DNA of 40,103 nucleotides from a virus. A model generated the notes under the pieces. That model was not told the origin of the DNA and did not search any database. It worked only from the letters and a program-made list of their open reading frames with translations. Each line of letters starts with the position of its first letter. Position 1 is the first letter of the stretch. The stretch spans positions 1 to 40,103 of IMG/VR virus record IMGVR_UViG_3300029610_000017; one strand, 5' to 3'. Shown piece after piece: positions 1 to 8,311 of the stretch. The position numbers were made by a program, and so were the translations under genes.

Positions 1-99
1 CAGGCGATATGTTTTACGGATATTTCATTGTTGGAATTGACACAAAACAAGGAAGTGCAACATATCATTATCCGCTTGAATATTGGAGTTTGTTTGATG
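1..99. repeat. Terminal direct repeat, copy A (assembly overlap)
   Basis: Identical by eye to 40005..40103. Confidence 0.95.
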
Positions 100-209
100 T
101 TAAAGAATTGCCAAGCGCTCCAAAATGGGACGGACACACGGCAGAACAAGCCATAGAACGAATTAAAAATCACTTTTGTCCATCAATAAAGGGTGGTGCG
201 AATGGCTGA
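1..209 (+). CDS. 3' part of the same wrap-around CDS as 39827..40103
   Basis: In frame with 39827 across the junction (first full codon at position 3). Stop at 207..209. Confidence 0.6.
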   Translation, partial: GDMFYGYFIVGIDTKQGSATYHYPLEYWSLFDVKELPSAPKWDGHTAEQAIERIKNHFCPSIKGGANG

Positions 210-266
210 TGTGAACTACTCCTGCCGCCGTATATGCAGATTATTCGAATTGAAAGGAAAGAAGAA

Positions 267-566
267 ATGACCGACTACAGCGAAGAATTCGACCGCCTCC
301 GCAGAAACCGCGTTGAACTGTCGCATATAAAGTACGGCTCCGCAAGGATAAATTTCGGCGGCGGCAGAGTGGACGCTCTCAAAACCGCCGAGAATTGCCT
401 TGAAGCCTTCAGGCGGGACAAAAATACCGAACACCTCGTCGATGCCGCGAACTATCTGATGTTCCGGTTTATGTACCCCTACCCCGGAGAACACTTCCGC
501 GCCACCGACAGCAGCGAAAGCGTAAAACCCGTCGGAATACCGATAAATATGGAGGACGAACCATGA
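267..566 (+). CDS. Hypothetical protein (99 aa)
   Basis: Track ORF 234..566. The internal ATG at 267 has an AAAGGA ribosome-binding site and the upstream ATG has none. Stop overlaps the next start. Confidence 0.5.
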   Translation: MTDYSEEFDRLRRNRVELSHIKYGSARINFGGGRVDALKTAENCLEAFRRDKNTEHLVDAANYLMFRFMYPYPGEHFRATDSSESVKPVGIPINMEDEP

Positions 567-907
567 CCCTGAAAAACAAAATCCTGAAAGCCCTCGGCAG
601 AGAAGAGGTGCAATGGTACAGAGAATTCGGTGTCCTCGCTCCCTTCTGCCCGTATTGCGGAGAACCCGCCTACGACACGCACAGATGCGCTTTCTGCGGA
701 AGAAAATATATCTGGAGGGATTCGCCCCACCCGCCGACAATCGCTGAATACGGCGATTATACAGCGGCTCAGACCGACGACTCCATCCTCATCTTCAAGG
801 GAGACCGACTGGTATATCATGCATCGTATACAGGCGACCCCATGACGGAGGACGAGCTGAAAGACCATATAGCCTTTGTCTTCGGGCTGGGTATGACAGA
901 TGACTGA
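563..907 (+). CDS. Hypothetical zinc-ribbon protein (CPYC...CAFC)
   Basis: GGAGG ribosome-binding site, ATGA overlap with the upstream gene, two CxxC pairs. Confidence 0.55.
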   Translation: MTLKNKILKALGREEVQWYREFGVLAPFCPYCGEPAYDTHRCAFCGRKYIWRDSPHPPTIAEYGDYTAAQTDDSILIFKGDRLVYHASYTGDPMTEDELKDHIAFVFGLGMTDD

Positions 908-919
908 CAGGAGGTAAAA

Positions 920-1213
920 ATGCGGACACGGGACAAGAGATATAAAGACTATGAAATCACAAGGGAAAATCGGAACTTTCTCCTTGCACTCTGCCGGATG
1001 GAAAAGCCGGAGGTGCAGGGGCTGCTGCGGCAATCATGCGAAGAATCGAACGACCAGATAGCGGAGCTGCTTTATCAAAATCTTTCTCGTGGCGATTCTT
1101 ACGACAAGATCGAGCGCATACCTTATGCGCAGACGGACTTCTACGCATACAGAAAAAAGGCTCTCGCGATTTTCCGGGATAAGTATATCGTCTGGCTCGG
1201 AAAAGGGAAATGA
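920..1213 (+). CDS. Candidate late-gene transcriptional activator (RinA/ArpU-like, sigma region-4-like HTH)
   Basis: AGGAGG ribosome-binding site. The C-terminal IERIPYAQTDFYAYRKKALAIF resembles the HTH of small phage late activators. Located immediately upstream of the packaging genes. Confidence 0.4.
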   Translation: MRTRDKRYKDYEITRENRNFLLALCRMEKPEVQGLLRQSCEESNDQIAELLYQNLSRGDSYDKIERIPYAQTDFYAYRKKALAIFRDKYIVWLGKGK

Positions 1214-1217
1214 AAAC

Positions 1218-1240
1218 AGGGGAGCTGTTGAGGCTCCCCT
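1218..1240 (+). terminator. Hairpin after 920..1213 (possible terminator)
   Basis: AGGGGAGC / GCTCCCCT 8-bp stem with a 7-nt loop. The U-tract is poor. Confidence 0.35.
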
Positions 1241-1280
1241 TAAATGCGTATTTGACGCAAAGCTCATACTGCTATACAAT
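1239..1280 (+). promoter_or_regulatory. Late promoter 1 with conserved upstream element
   Basis: CTTAAATGCGTAT-TTGACG-17 nt-TACAAT. The same 13-mer occurs in the same register at 9996 and 21865. Confidence 0.6.
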
Positions 1281-1290
1281 GGAGGTACAC

Positions 1291-1848
1291 ATGGAAATCA
1301 AAACACTTAAAATCGGAGATATACACCCATACGAAAAGAATCCGCGAAAGAACGACAAATCCATCGCGGCGGTGGCAAGGTCGATTGAAGAGTTCGGGTG
1401 GCAACAGCCCATTGTGGTTGATGTAAATCACGAGATTATCTGCGGGCATACAAGATACAAAGCCGCAAAGAAGCTCGGCATGAAAGAAGTGCCGTGTGTT
1501 ATCGCGGAAAATCTCACCGAGGAGCAGATAAAGGCATATCGTCTCGCGGATAACAAGGTCAGCGAGAGTTCCGAGTGGGATTTGCCGGTTCTCGGTGAAG
1601 AGCTTGCAGGCATCATCGATATCGATATGTCGGATTTCGGTTTTACTCTTGAAGTGCCGGAGGAGATCGAGCCGCCGGACTACAAAGCCGAAACGCAGAG
1701 CATGAAAGAGGATATTCTCAATCTCGGATATGCGCAGTTCCCCGGCGTGGGCAAGTACGATATCCCCGAAATCGCCCCGGTGTATGATCTGCTGGAGATA
1801 GAGGAGTGGATCGGCTTCAATTGTAAGCATGAGGGGCTATTATTATAG
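1291..1848 (+). CDS. ParB-like N-terminal (nuclease/Srx-fold) domain protein
   Basis: GGAGG ribosome-binding site before the ATG at 1291. Motifs IHPYEKNPRKN, GHTRYKAAKKLG and YRLADNK. Sits directly upstream of the terminase. Confidence 0.75.
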   Translation: MEIKTLKIGDIHPYEKNPRKNDKSIAAVARSIEEFGWQQPIVVDVNHEIICGHTRYKAAKKLGMKEVPCVIAENLTEEQIKAYRLADNKVSESSEWDLPVLGEELAGIIDIDMSDFGFTLEVPEEIEPPDYKAETQSMKEDILNLGYAQFPGVGKYDIPEIAPVYDLLEIEEWIGFNCKHEGLLL

Positions 1849-1926
1849 TTATAAGCAGGACAAGTGGCTGCCTTCAAAGTACGAGCAGACATATAGAAAT
1901 TACACGTAAGAGGGTGAGGTGAACAC

Positions 1927-3525
1927 ATGGCAGACGGCGCGAAGTTCGGCATACCGTTTTCGGAAAGAAGCGCCGAGGAAGCGCGGGAACTCGGCAGCAT
2001 CGGCGGGAAGAAATCCGTAAAGGTTCGCCGGGAGAAAAAAGCAATATCGCAGCTTGCCTCTGCCATGATTTACTCACAGCTCGACGGCAAGGGCAAAGAT
2101 GCGATCAAGAAGCAGTTTGGCGGGCTTGTGAGCGACGATGTGACCGTTGCCTCGGCTATGATAGCGGGGCAGATACAGGCGGCAATGAAGGGCGACAGCA
2201 GGGCTTTCAGCACGGTCGCGGCGCTTATCGAAAAGCAGGAAGAAAAAGAAGCCAAGGCAGAGGAAAAGCGGCAGTCGCTCATCAACCGCGTATACCATAT
2301 GGACTTGTACGAAGTGCCGGACGCTTTTCACAGTACGCTCCGGGCAGTGCGGGATCAGAAATATCTTGAGTATGTCTTTTCCGGCGGCAGAGGCTCAACA
2401 AAGTCGTCCACCATCGCGCAGATTGTGGTCGAAATCATGAAAAACTATCGGGATATACACTGTGTAGTGTGCCGAAAGGTCGGAAACACTTTAAAGGATT
2501 CCGTGTACAGTAAGATAAAATGGGCGATTGAAAAACAGGGACTGACGGCAGAGTTCACGGTACACAAAAGCCCGCTTGAGATAACGCTGAAGGCAACCGG
2601 GCAGAAGATATACTTCCGTGGTGCCGATGAGCCGGAAAAGATAAAGTCTATCTCTCCGGAGTTCGGATATCTCGGCATCCTGTGGTTTGAGGAGCTTGAC
2701 CAGTTCTGCGGGCAGGAGGAGATACGAAACATCACGCAGTCGGTCATCCGAGGCGGTGAGCACGCGTGGATTTTCAAGAGCTTCAACCCGCCGAAATCAA
2801 AGGTAAACTGGGCTAACCAGTACATACTTGAGCCGAAGGACAACCGGATCGTGCATAAGTCCACATATCAGGACGTTCCGGTTGAGTGGCTCGGACAGCC
2901 CTTTATCGATGAAGCGGAGCACCTGAAGGAGATAAACCCGTCAGCTTATGAGCATGAGTATCTCGGCATTCCCAACGGGAGCGGAGGAAATGTTTTCGAT
3001 CTTGTTGAGGTGCGCGAGATTACCGACGAGGAGATATCCCGCATGGACAGGATATATCAGGGCGTGGACTTCGGTTGGTATCCTGATCAGTTTGCTTTTC
3101 TCCGGACGCACTACGATGCCGCGCGTGAGAAGATATATCTCATGGACGAGCTGTATGTGAACAAGCAGAGCAATGCCGAGACCGGAAAATGGATCATCGA
3201 CAAAGGTTACAGCGATTTTGCCATCACGTGCGACAGCGCAGAGCCGAAGTCGGTCAACGATTACCGGGACATGGGGCTTAAAGCGCGCGGAGCGATAAAG
3301 GGCGCGGGTTCGGTGGAGTACGGCTTCAAGTGGCTGCAATGCCGGACGATTGTTATCGACCCGAAGCGCACACCGAACGCATACAACGAGATCACAAAGT
3401 ATGAGTATGAGCGGGACAAAGAAGGAAATGTTATCAGCGGATATCCGGACGGCAACGACCATGCGATTTCCGCGCTTAGATACGCATACGAAAGTCTATT
3501 CAACAAGCGGGGGATAAACGCATAA
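1927..3525 (+). CDS. terL: Terminase large subunit (PBSX / Terminase_3 type) with an N-terminal extension of about 125 aa
   Basis: Walker A-like GGRGSTKSS near residue 160, later DxxE/nuclease motifs, 532 aa, positioned before the portal gene. Confidence 0.9.
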   Translation: MADGAKFGIPFSERSAEEARELGSIGGKKSVKVRREKKAISQLASAMIYSQLDGKGKDAIKKQFGGLVSDDVTVASAMIAGQIQAAMKGDSRAFSTVAALIEKQEEKEAKAEEKRQSLINRVYHMDLYEVPDAFHSTLRAVRDQKYLEYVFSGGRGSTKSSTIAQIVVEIMKNYRDIHCVVCRKVGNTLKDSVYSKIKWAIEKQGLTAEFTVHKSPLEITLKATGQKIYFRGADEPEKIKSISPEFGYLGILWFEELDQFCGQEEIRNITQSVIRGGEHAWIFKSFNPPKSKVNWANQYILEPKDNRIVHKSTYQDVPVEWLGQPFIDEAEHLKEINPSAYEHEYLGIPNGSGGNVFDLVEVREITDEEISRMDRIYQGVDFGWYPDQFAFLRTHYDAAREKIYLMDELYVNKQSNAETGKWIIDKGYSDFAITCDSAEPKSVNDYRDMGLKARGAIKGAGSVEYGFKWLQCRTIVIDPKRTPNAYNEITKYEYERDKEGNVISGYPDGNDHAISALRYAYESLFNKRGINA

Positions 3526-3526
3526 T

Positions 3527-4942
3527 ATGGGACTTATTTCATGGATAAAAGGATGGTTTAACAGAATGCTTTTAATCGACAGCCGAATCAAAGACGAGTT
3601 TGACGTGGAGCCTATATCATCCACTGCGATGGACAAGTACATCAAGCGGTGCATGGATATATACAGCGGTATGCCTGACTGGGTAGACCCCGACGGGCAT
3701 ATCAAGACCGTAAACGTCGCGAAAAGCGTATGCTCCGAGGTCGCGCGGCTTACTACTCTTGCTATCGGTATAAAGATAGACGGGAGCGCACGCGCAAAGT
3801 GGCTTCAGGAGCAGATAGACGCAGCATACTCAAGCTTCAGGGGTTGGACGGAGTACGGATGCGCGGCAGGGAATATGATCCTCAAGCCCAATGGCGAGGG
3901 GATAGATTTCGTCATGCCGGACAGATACAAGATTGTTGACATGGCAAACGGAGCTATTACCGGGATTGTGTTCATCGATCGGCAGAAGTATGAGAAAAAG
4001 TGGTACACCCGGCTTGAGTATCACCGCTTCACCGGCACGGGGGACAACCGCAAGTATGAGATATCCAATCGGTGCTTCAAGGGAGAGAGCGAAAACGACA
4101 ACGGACGCGCCGTACCGATAGCCGAGACCCCGTGGAGCGGCTTGCAGGAGGATATAGTCGCTGTCAATGTCGATAAGCCCCTGTTCGGAGTTTTCCGCAC
4201 ACCGAGCGCGAACAACGTTGATATCGGCTCCCCGCTGGGCTTGCCGGTCTTTGCGGAGGCGACCGAAGAACTCCGGGACTTTGATATAGCATACAGCCGC
4301 AACGCGAAGGAAATCCTCGACAGCAAGCGGCTTGTGCTCCTCGACAGCGACCGCCTTCTCAGCACACCCGGCGCACGTCTCAGCCAGAAGAACGCCGATG
4401 CGCTTTCCCGTGACATGGGGCTTCCGGACTATATCAAGACTGTCGAAGGCGACGGCAACAGCGAGATATATCACGAGATCAACCCGTCCCTCAATACCGA
4501 GATGCGCAAGAGCGGCATGAACTTCCTTCTTTCGCAGATCGGGTACAAGTGCGGCTTCTCCAACGGGTACTTCGTTTTCAACGAAAAATCCGGCATGGTC
4601 ACGGCGACGCAGGTCGAATCAGATGACCGCCGCACGATACAGCTCATCAAGGATATGAGGGATAAGCTTCAGGCTTGCCTTGACGGTGTGATATACGCGC
4701 TCGACAAGTTCGCCGATGCATACAACCTCGCTCCGGCGGGGACATACAAGGTGACGTATGACTTCGGGGACATCACATACAACCGGGAGGAGGATCGCGC
4801 GAGATGGTACAGCTATGCACAGTCGAACAAAGTTCCTTTCTGGTATTATCTTGTGAAGTTTGAGGGACTGAGCGAGGAAGAGGCAAAGGCTCTCATAGAG
4901 GAGGCAACCCCGGCTGACCCGATGTTCGGAGGCGAGGAGTAA
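3527..4942 (+). CDS. Portal protein (SPP1 gp6-like)
   Basis: 471 aa, directly after terL, with a typical portal N-terminus and size. Confidence 0.85.
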   Translation: MGLISWIKGWFNRMLLIDSRIKDEFDVEPISSTAMDKYIKRCMDIYSGMPDWVDPDGHIKTVNVAKSVCSEVARLTTLAIGIKIDGSARAKWLQEQIDAAYSSFRGWTEYGCAAGNMILKPNGEGIDFVMPDRYKIVDMANGAITGIVFIDRQKYEKKWYTRLEYHRFTGTGDNRKYEISNRCFKGESENDNGRAVPIAETPWSGLQEDIVAVNVDKPLFGVFRTPSANNVDIGSPLGLPVFAEATEELRDFDIAYSRNAKEILDSKRLVLLDSDRLLSTPGARLSQKNADALSRDMGLPDYIKTVEGDGNSEIYHEINPSLNTEMRKSGMNFLLSQIGYKCGFSNGYFVFNEKSGMVTATQVESDDRRTIQLIKDMRDKLQACLDGVIYALDKFADAYNLAPAGTYKVTYDFGDITYNREEDRARWYSYAQSNKVPFWYYLVKFEGLSEEEAKALIEEATPADPMFGGEE

Positions 4943-6856
4943 ATGCTGTCTCCTGAGTACCTTCTGCGCGTCTCTGAGGGCGCGGAGGAAATAGCGGAGC
5001 GGTTACATCAAGATATCGTTAAAAGGCTTATACAGCGCATTGTGGCGCGTCTGGAGCGGGGAGACGATTACATACTCACCCCGATTGACAAATATCAGCT
5101 TGAAACGCTGAAGCAGGCGGGCTTCCTCATGAAGGATATCGAAAAGGAGATAGCGGCAAAGACCAAGCTCCAGAGGGCAGAAATCCGCGCCGCCTTTGAG
5201 GATGCCGGCATACGCTCTTACGCTTACGACAGCCGGGTATACGAGGCGGCAGGGCTTGCAACAAAGCCGCTCACACAGTCGCCGCAGTACATCCGCATGA
5301 TGCAGAGGGCATACGAAGCGACGCTCGGAGAGTGGCGTAACTTTTCCCGCACGACAGCGGGGGAGGCATACCGCCGGTTTATCGTTGAGTGCGACCGTGC
5401 ATATTACAGCGTGCAGTCGGGCGCGATATCGTATACGCAGGCATTCCGTGAGGCGATAAACCGCATAGCCGACGAGGGCGTTGTGGTGGCATACCGGGAC
5501 AAGGACGGCAACATCACCCGGCGGGACACGATTGAAACTGCTACACTTCGCAACATTCGAACCGGAATCTCTCAGTCATGCGCGGAGATCACCAACGCCC
5601 GCATGGAAGAAATGGACTGGGATATACTTCTTGTGTCTGCCCATCTCGGCGCGAGGTACACCGAGAAGAACGATTACACAAATCACTTCTGGTGGCAGGG
5701 CAAATTTTACTCCAAAAGCGGCAAAGACAAGCGTTTTCCGCCCTTCAGCGTATGCGGACAGGGCGAAGTACAGGGAATCAACGGCGCGAACTGCCGGCAT
5801 TCATACAGCCCCGGAGACGGTGAGACAAATCCCTTCTCGGATTACGACAGCGAGGAGAACAAAAAGGCATACGATCTCTCGCAAAAGCAGAGACAGCTTG
5901 AAAACCGCATCCGGCACACCAAGCGTCAGGTCATGGCGATAAAGGAAGGTCGCGATTATGCAGAACACCCCGACCACAAGGCGGCGCTCGACGAGGATTA
6001 CAAGAAGAAAGCCGCGAAGCTGGAGCGGCAGAACAAGGAATACAAGGACTTCTGTGAACAGAACGGCTTGAAAACGCGTCAGGAACGGCTGACGATAGCC
6101 AAGTGGGACAGGCAGCAGGCGGCAGAGGCGCGGGGAGCTGCGGCAAGGTACAAGAACAGCCGGAGCACAGAGCCGAGAGAGAAGCCGGACACGAGCACGG
6201 TTGAGGTGACCGTCGGGACAGATATCTATAACGTCGAAAAGCCGATGTCGGAGTACAGGGACGCATCGGGGCGGTTCGATATAGACAAAGCAAACGCAGA
6301 TTACGAAAAGCTCTTGACAAAAGTTCCGGAAGAGTATAAAATGAGCATAGAGACAGCTTATAAAACGACGGAATTTGAAGAGAACACGGAAATCAGCTCC
6401 GCTTTCCGGTATGATACCAAGCGCGACAGGGTAGTGTATAATCCTGAACACCGAAACTTTGACAATTACAGTTATCCTCAAGCTGTAACGCATGAGCTTT
6501 CTCACCGCATTGACGCTCTGGATTATCATTCAGAGAAAAACGCGAAATTCAGCAAGGCGATTGATGATGCATACCCGGTCGCTATGCGGAATGCGGGGAG
6601 GTTGAGAGAATACAGCGTGAATGCCGACGGTGACGGTTTCTTTTCGGATATCATCTCTGCGCTTTCAAACGGAGATATCAAAACAATGGCATATCACTCG
6701 ACAAAGTACTGGTCAAAACAAGGCACCAAAGAAAAAGAGATATTCGCCAATCTGTTTTCAATGGGTGTCTTTGATCAGAAGAAACACATTGATCTCATTA
6801 ACGAGATTTTCCCTGAAGTCTACGAAGCATATAACGAAATCAGAAAGGATGTATGA
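4943..6856 (+). CDS. Minor capsid / head-morphogenesis protein (Phage_min_cap2 / MuF-like) with a C-terminal HExxH domain
   Basis: N-terminal minor-capsid-2 style sequence, an NCRHS motif, a charged coiled region, then HELSH at 6491..6505 with a downstream Glu (EIFANLF). Confidence 0.75.
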   Translation: MLSPEYLLRVSEGAEEIAERLHQDIVKRLIQRIVARLERGDDYILTPIDKYQLETLKQAGFLMKDIEKEIAAKTKLQRAEIRAAFEDAGIRSYAYDSRVYEAAGLATKPLTQSPQYIRMMQRAYEATLGEWRNFSRTTAGEAYRRFIVECDRAYYSVQSGAISYTQAFREAINRIADEGVVVAYRDKDGNITRRDTIETATLRNIRTGISQSCAEITNARMEEMDWDILLVSAHLGARYTEKNDYTNHFWWQGKFYSKSGKDKRFPPFSVCGQGEVQGINGANCRHSYSPGDGETNPFSDYDSEENKKAYDLSQKQRQLENRIRHTKRQVMAIKEGRDYAEHPDHKAALDEDYKKKAAKLERQNKEYKDFCEQNGLKTRQERLTIAKWDRQQAAEARGAAARYKNSRSTEPREKPDTSTVEVTVGTDIYNVEKPMSEYRDASGRFDIDKANADYEKLLTKVPEEYKMSIETAYKTTEFEENTEISSAFRYDTKRDRVVYNPEHRNFDNYSYPQAVTHELSHRIDALDYHSEKNAKFSKAIDDAYPVAMRNAGRLREYSVNADGDGFFSDIISALSNGDIKTMAYHSTKYWSKQGTKEKEIFANLFSMGVFDQKKHIDLINEIFPEVYEAYNEIRKDV

Positions 6857-7050
6857 TAATGTACCTGTGCCCGAAAGAAGTCGCAATGCTGAAAAGCAAG
6901 GAAATACGCGGTCTTATGGATGAGTACGAAAAAGTATTCAACGAAACCCCACCCGGATTCAATTATGATGAATTCGACAGCATAGAGGACTATGTCAGAA
7001 TACTGAAAGAGTGCATCAAAACAAAGAAGAGCTGGTATGACATTCCCTGA
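6853..7050 (+). CDS. Hypothetical 65-aa protein (possible partner or immunity protein for the HExxH domain)
   Basis: ATGA overlap with the upstream gene. Last gene before a terminator. Confidence 0.45.
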   Translation: MIMYLCPKEVAMLKSKEIRGLMDEYEKVFNETPPGFNYDEFDSIEDYVRILKECIKTKKSWYDIP

Positions 7051-7094
7051 CCGCGCGTATACAACCGCCCGAAACCCCCTGTAAAACAGCCACA

Positions 7095-7126
7095 AAAAGC
7101 CCGGTGAATACACATCGGGCTTTATC
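7095..7126 (+). terminator. Rho-independent terminator
   Basis: AAAAGCCCG ... CGGGCTTT stem followed by a T-rich run. Confidence 0.7.
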
Positions 7127-7128
7127 TA

Positions 7129-7156
7129 TTGACTTTCGCTCCCTGTATGGTATAAT
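7129..7156 (+). promoter_or_regulatory. Sigma-A type promoter for the 7178..7552 moron
   Basis: TTGACT-16 nt-TGgTATAAT (extended -10). Confidence 0.7.
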
Positions 7157-7177
7157 TATTACAACGGAGGTGGGGCG

Positions 7178-7552
7178 ATGAACTTCATACAGTACAACCC
7201 CAATCCAAGGGGAAACCGTGTCGGAGACTGCGTCATCCGGGCGATATCCAAGGCAACCGGACGGGATTGGGAGACAACATACGCCGGGGTGTCTGTCTGT
7301 GGGTTTGAGCTTGCAGATCTGCCGTCAGCCGATCATGTGTGGGGCGCGTATCTGCGGAAACACGGGTACTCCCGGAGGCTCGTTGACGATCACGGGCAGG
7401 ACGTGTACACAGTGGACGATTTCTGCCGGGACAATCCGACCGGGACGTACATCCTCGCGATAAGCGGTCACGTGGTCTGCGTGATAGACGGAAAGTATTA
7501 TGATTCGTGGGACAGCGGGAACGAGATTCCCCTGTACTGCTGGCAAAAGTAA
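7178..7552 (+). CDS. Papain-fold cysteine-peptidase-like protein (moron)
   Basis: GGAGG ribosome-binding site. Candidate catalytic Cys18 (GDCVIRA), His98 (SGHVVCVIDG) and Asp in YDSWDSG. Flanked by its own promoter and terminators. Confidence 0.5.
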   Translation: MNFIQYNPNPRGNRVGDCVIRAISKATGRDWETTYAGVSVCGFELADLPSADHVWGAYLRKHGYSRRLVDDHGQDVYTVDDFCRDNPTGTYILAISGHVVCVIDGKYYDSWDSGNEIPLYCWQK

Positions 7553-7556
7553 ATAA

Positions 7557-7600
7557 AGTGTCAGAGCCGTAGAGCCTTCTATCGTTCTGGCACTGTTTTT
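7557..7600 (+). terminator. Probable terminator
   Basis: AGTGTCAGAG / TTCTGGCACT stem (with G-U pairs) followed by GTTTTT. Confidence 0.5.
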
Positions 7601-7618
7601 ATATACGGAGGTGCGATT

Positions 7619-8005
7619 ATGGCATACGGAAATTATCAGAACGGGTATCAGATGCCGATATACGGTCAACAGGTATATCCGCAGATGCAGGCACAGCAGC
7701 CCCAACAGCCGCAGAACGGCATACAGTGGGTGCAGGGCGAAGCCGGGGCGAAGTCTTACCTTGTAGCGGCAGGAAACACCGTGATGCTCATGGACAGCGA
7801 AACACAGCGCTTTTATATCAAGTCTACGGACGCAAACGGGATGCCTCATCCGCTTCAGGTGTACGAATACCGCCGCGTAAACGAGGCACAGACGCCCGCA
7901 AGCGTCCCGACGATAACGCGGGAAGAATATGACGCTCTCGGCGCAAAGATCAACGAGCTGACTGAGAAGGTGAACAAGCTCGAAGCAAAGGAGGCAGAGA
8001 TATGA
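7619..8005 (+). CDS. Hypothetical protein with a Q/Y-rich N-terminus and C-terminal coiled coil
   Basis: GGAGG ribosome-binding site, 128 aa. Core sequence WVQGEAGAKSY...FYIKSTDANGMP. Confidence 0.55.
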   Translation: MAYGNYQNGYQMPIYGQQVYPQMQAQQPQQPQNGIQWVQGEAGAKSYLVAAGNTVMLMDSETQRFYIKSTDANGMPHPLQVYEYRRVNEAQTPASVPTITREEYDALGAKINELTEKVNKLEAKEAEI

Positions 8006-8199
8006 ATCCGCTTTTCGGAATGCTCGGAGGAGGGAATCAGCAGAACGCGCTGATACAAAAATTCCAGCAGTTCAGGCAGAGCTTTCAGGGCGACCCGAAA
8101 GCCGAGGTTATGAGACTGGTACAATCGGGCAGGATATCACAACAGCAGCTTGACCAGCTTCAGCAGATGGCGCGGCAGTTTCAAGGAATGCTGAAATAA
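8002..8199 (+). CDS. Hypothetical Q-rich 65-aa protein
   Basis: AAGGAGG ribosome-binding site, ATGA overlap, followed by a terminator. Confidence 0.5.
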   Translation: MNPLFGMLGGGNQQNALIQKFQQFRQSFQGDPKAEVMRLVQSGRISQQQLDQLQQMARQFQGMLK

Positions 8200-8220
8200 A
8201 ATAAGCCGGACGTATAACGC

Positions 8221-8252
8221 AGAGCAGATACTTTATTGTGTCTGCTCTTTTT
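8221..8252 (+). terminator. Rho-independent terminator
   Basis: AGAGCAGA / TCTGCTCT stem followed by TTTT. Confidence 0.7.
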
Positions 8253-8311
8253 CATGGCAACAACCGTGCGCACGGATTGCAATATATTAAAATACACATG
8301 GAGGAAAAATC

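Noticed and set aside
920-1213. 920..1213 as the small terminase subunit.
   Set aside because: It is separated from terL by the ParB-like gene and by a hairpin plus promoter. Its C-terminus looks like a RinA/ArpU-type HTH. It is kept as an activator candidate at low confidence.
1800-1927. The ParB-like ORF as a truncated ParB-methyltransferase fusion (pseudogene).
   Set aside because: No methyltransferase motifs (DPPY, FxGxG) appear in any frame downstream. Stand-alone ParB-like proteins next to terminases are common.
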